Shown here: in pieces, positions 61,264-64,000 of the stretch
Numbering within the stretch: the first letter of the stretch is position 1
How the letters are laid out: each line of letters begins with the position of its first letter
From: Selaginella moellendorffii
Taxonomy: Eukaryota > Plantae > Lycopodiophyta
Length of the DNA: 64,000 nucleotides
NCBI RefSeq assembly: GCF_000143415.4
Contig: NW_003314285.1
Span: 1,933,013 to 1,997,012 of the forward strand
Direction of reading: 5' to 3'
Notes under the pieces: generated by a model
Told to the model about the DNA's origin: nothing
What the model saw: only the letters and a program-made list of their open reading frames with translations
The model's database searches: none
Position numbers and translations under genes: made by a program

Positions 61264-63591
61264 TTAGCTTGTATAAATATGCCTATAAGCTGCACCTTCC
61301 TTCCATGCTTGCACCACTGTTTCGAAATCAAACTCAGCTATTGGCGGACCCTCAATGGAGATCCTCACAAGCTCGTCAACCATCTCCGTCCCCATCTGGT
61401 TTCGAAACTTATTCTTCACCAAGTTGATTCTACTAAACCCACGCTCACATAATGCAGTGTTGCAGCATTGAACCATGCCGACCATTGCCAACTTCAGCAA
61501 GTTGGGATACTTCTTCATCCAGATACTGTGAGCATAAATCATTCCCCAAACATCCACGAAAGTTTTCCCCTTCCACTCCTCGGAAGCTATTATCTTCCAT
61601 AAACTGTACTCTTCAGCCAGCTCTGCTTCATTGATCATCCCTGTGTAGAACTTTCCAAGTTCCTGAACCTCAAATTTACCAAAAGCTTTCAACTCACGCA
61701 CTGATGAAGGTAAGTTGATAGGAGCTAAAAAGTGGAACTTGGAGAGAATACCAGTCGCCTCAGAGTCCTGTAACTTGGTCCTTATACCCTCCAAAAGACT
61801 AGTGCCAAAGTTCTTTTGAAACTCTAGTACCTCCTCCAAATCTTCTCCGTGAATCGACCTGATCATTTCCACGTCTCTGTATTCGTTTCCCTTAACTGAT
61901 GACCTGAGCTCATCCAAAGGACCATTGCAGCGTCCACCATCTGGGATTATAGGATATCCTCTGCTATCCAACTGAAAACCATTCAAATCCACCTGCTTAT
62001 CCAAATAGTATACCTATATCTTGGCCATAGTTGCCTTGCATAAAGGTGCAACACTAGTCACGTCCATAGTCTGTGCTTGAAACTCTAGGTTCAGCTGATT
62101 TACCACTGCCAAGATATCTCCTAGAAAGTGGAGTGCATAAAGGAACTTGAAACTCCTAAGACGGTCATACAGCTTCCTTGTTTGAGTTGTTCTCCCGTCC
62201 TTAAAAAACTTGAGTAGTGGTTCCAGACACTCACACATCCTGGTAATGGCTCCACCCCTGCTCAACCAACGTGTCTGCTGGATCCGCAACACCTTCAACA
62301 CCTTGAAGTCTAGCTCGTCCTATAGTGCCTGTAGCTGCTGCAACCTGCTAGAACTCCTTGAGAAAAAACTGGCTACCTTGTTCACCACCTGATCCACTTC
62401 ATTGCAAAGATTATGAACTGCTGGATTCTTGTAGACGTCCTCCACACATAAGTTAGCTCTGTGTGAAAGACAATGTGTGGAGGTCATGAATGGATTGACC
62501 TCCTTCAACCTTGTTGCAACCCCTGTCCTGTTTCCTGTCATAACATTGCAGCCGTCTGAACCAAACCCCACGAACCTGCTCATATCCAACCCCCAATCCT
62601 GCAGTGAAGCTATGGTGGTGTTAAAAATCACCTCTGCAGAACTATTGTTCACCATTGACGAGCCTAAATAGCTTGTCAACACCCTTGCGTCGTGGATGTA
62701 GGTCACGTAAAAGATGAGGTGTTTACTGGTATTGCATTAACAAATTTAGAACCAAGAATATCACTAATCAGCTTTACCTTATATCCGTGCTCTCATCTAG
62801 CATTATTCCAAAGAATGGGCTAGCTTTAACTTTCTCCAAAATTTGATCTAAGAGCACCTACACAACAAAATTCAGTCAAGGTTTATCATCAGACTTTAGC
62901 TCACCTTGTTGATGAAAGTGATGAAGCGTGAGTAGGACATCACGTTCTTGTACATGCTAGGAACATAAACTCCGTTCAACTGTTGTAGCTCCAGAAACAA
63001 TGGGTATTTGCGAAGAGGAACAAAACCTTGTGCAATAGCATAAGTAGTTCTAAACAAGCAAATAACTCCCTTCTCTGCTGCCTCTTGTTGCCAATCATTT
63101 GCAGCTGCCATGGAGGATTGACCGCCAGCTTTCACCTCAGCTATGTAAATGGAATGCTTGTGATCTTTTGTTTGCCCATGAGCATGGAAACTTGAAGTCT
63201 TCATGTTGGTGGAACCTGATGTACCAAATGGATTCTTGCAATTCTTGTTGGCACGGCATATTGAGCAGAAGATCAGTGCTGTAATGCAAGTAGGATTAGA
63301 TGAAAAATCAAGAAAATTATTACCATTTTTCTGATCAAAATGCAACCACCGCCATTTTATGACCCATGCAGGTTGTCACTTCCCCCTACAAATTTTCTTC
63401 TCCTTCTCCTCTACTGATGCAGCATCACCTTCTCCCACTTCACATCCCTCCTCAGGCTCAGTCCCCTCCAGGTTGTCCTCATCTACAAAACCTCCTCTCT
63501 CCACAATGGGGGCAAAACTTAACAAAGATTGCTTTGATTGAGCAATGGCTTTTGCAGCAGCCTTGCTCCTACTTGCAGGCACCCTCCCCAT
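61264..63591 (-). mobile_element. hAT transposase (ZNF862-like), intron-containing, with in-frame stops; the element probably continues past 64000
   Basis: TTF-type zinc finger (WLHF...FCSICR), GIMLDESTD, FGSDG, HCLSHRANL, TRWLSR, NTALCERGFS; stops at ~62014 and ~62320; subterminal TACCGG repeats at 61170 and 63857-63977. Confidence 0.9.
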
Positions 63592-64000
63592 TTCCCAGAT
63601 GATCTCCCCACCAAAATCTATGTTCACGCCCACGCCCACACCCACGTGAACATTGTGAAAGAATATTCTAACCTTAGAGCCCACGTGAACATTGTGAAAG
63701 AATATTCTAACCTTAGATTAATGACATGGTTTACTTAGTGTAACTATGTTTAGTTAGTGTTAACTAAGATTGATGATTATTTATTTAATCTTGTTAATTA
63801 GAATTAATTAAACATAATTAACCATGAAACCCTAATCCTCAAAAGGTAGGTGAATATACCGGCAGGATTCCTTATAACATCCAAACGTACCGGATCTAGC
63901 CTTATACGAGATTTTTTGCACCGGTCGTATATCCTTGTAACTTTGTTTTGTACCGGCAATTCTGAAATGGTACCGGCGGGGTACAAAGGAGCCTCGGACT

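Overview
Eukaryotic nuclear DNA from a compact-genome land plant, most likely a Selaginella-type lycophyte. This is inferred from 46-70 nt introns, tight gene packing, short-repeat PLS PPR genes and a Hog/Hint gene. Layout: (1-3.8 kb) 3' end of an LTR retrotransposon. (5.5-8.6 kb) one intact six-exon secreted Hedgehog-type Hint/Hog gene between two decayed tandem copies. (9-29 kb) a dense gene island: Dpy-30-motif gene, two plastid-type tRNA-Pro genes, nitronate monooxygenase-like gene, CTR9/VIP6, divergent PRP28 helicase, orphan coiled-coil ORF, frameshifted uncoupling protein, U-box/ARM ligase, ALDH10 and a PLS-E PPR. (30.6-45.8 kb) nested Ty3/gypsy elements, including a complete chromovirus with TSD. 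(46-48.6 kb) serine acetyltransferase and a divergently transcribed putative thylakoid protein. (49-64 kb) relics: repeated mini-exons, a MITE/Helentron-like element, PPR relic, Crinkler-like NTPase-REase, DUF7869-like transposase, a fourth Hog-family fragment, LINE and a hAT transposase. Two observations stand out. First, splicing the Hog gene by hand places a 55-aa, 4-Cys, glycine-zipper bacteriocin-like peptide between an RRFLL subtilase-type site and the Hint autoprocessing Cys, suggesting a self-maturing (sterol-linked or cyclised) peptide system. Second, two chloroplast-type tRNA-Pro bodies sit in the nucleus with CGG and AGG anticodons and Pol III signals.
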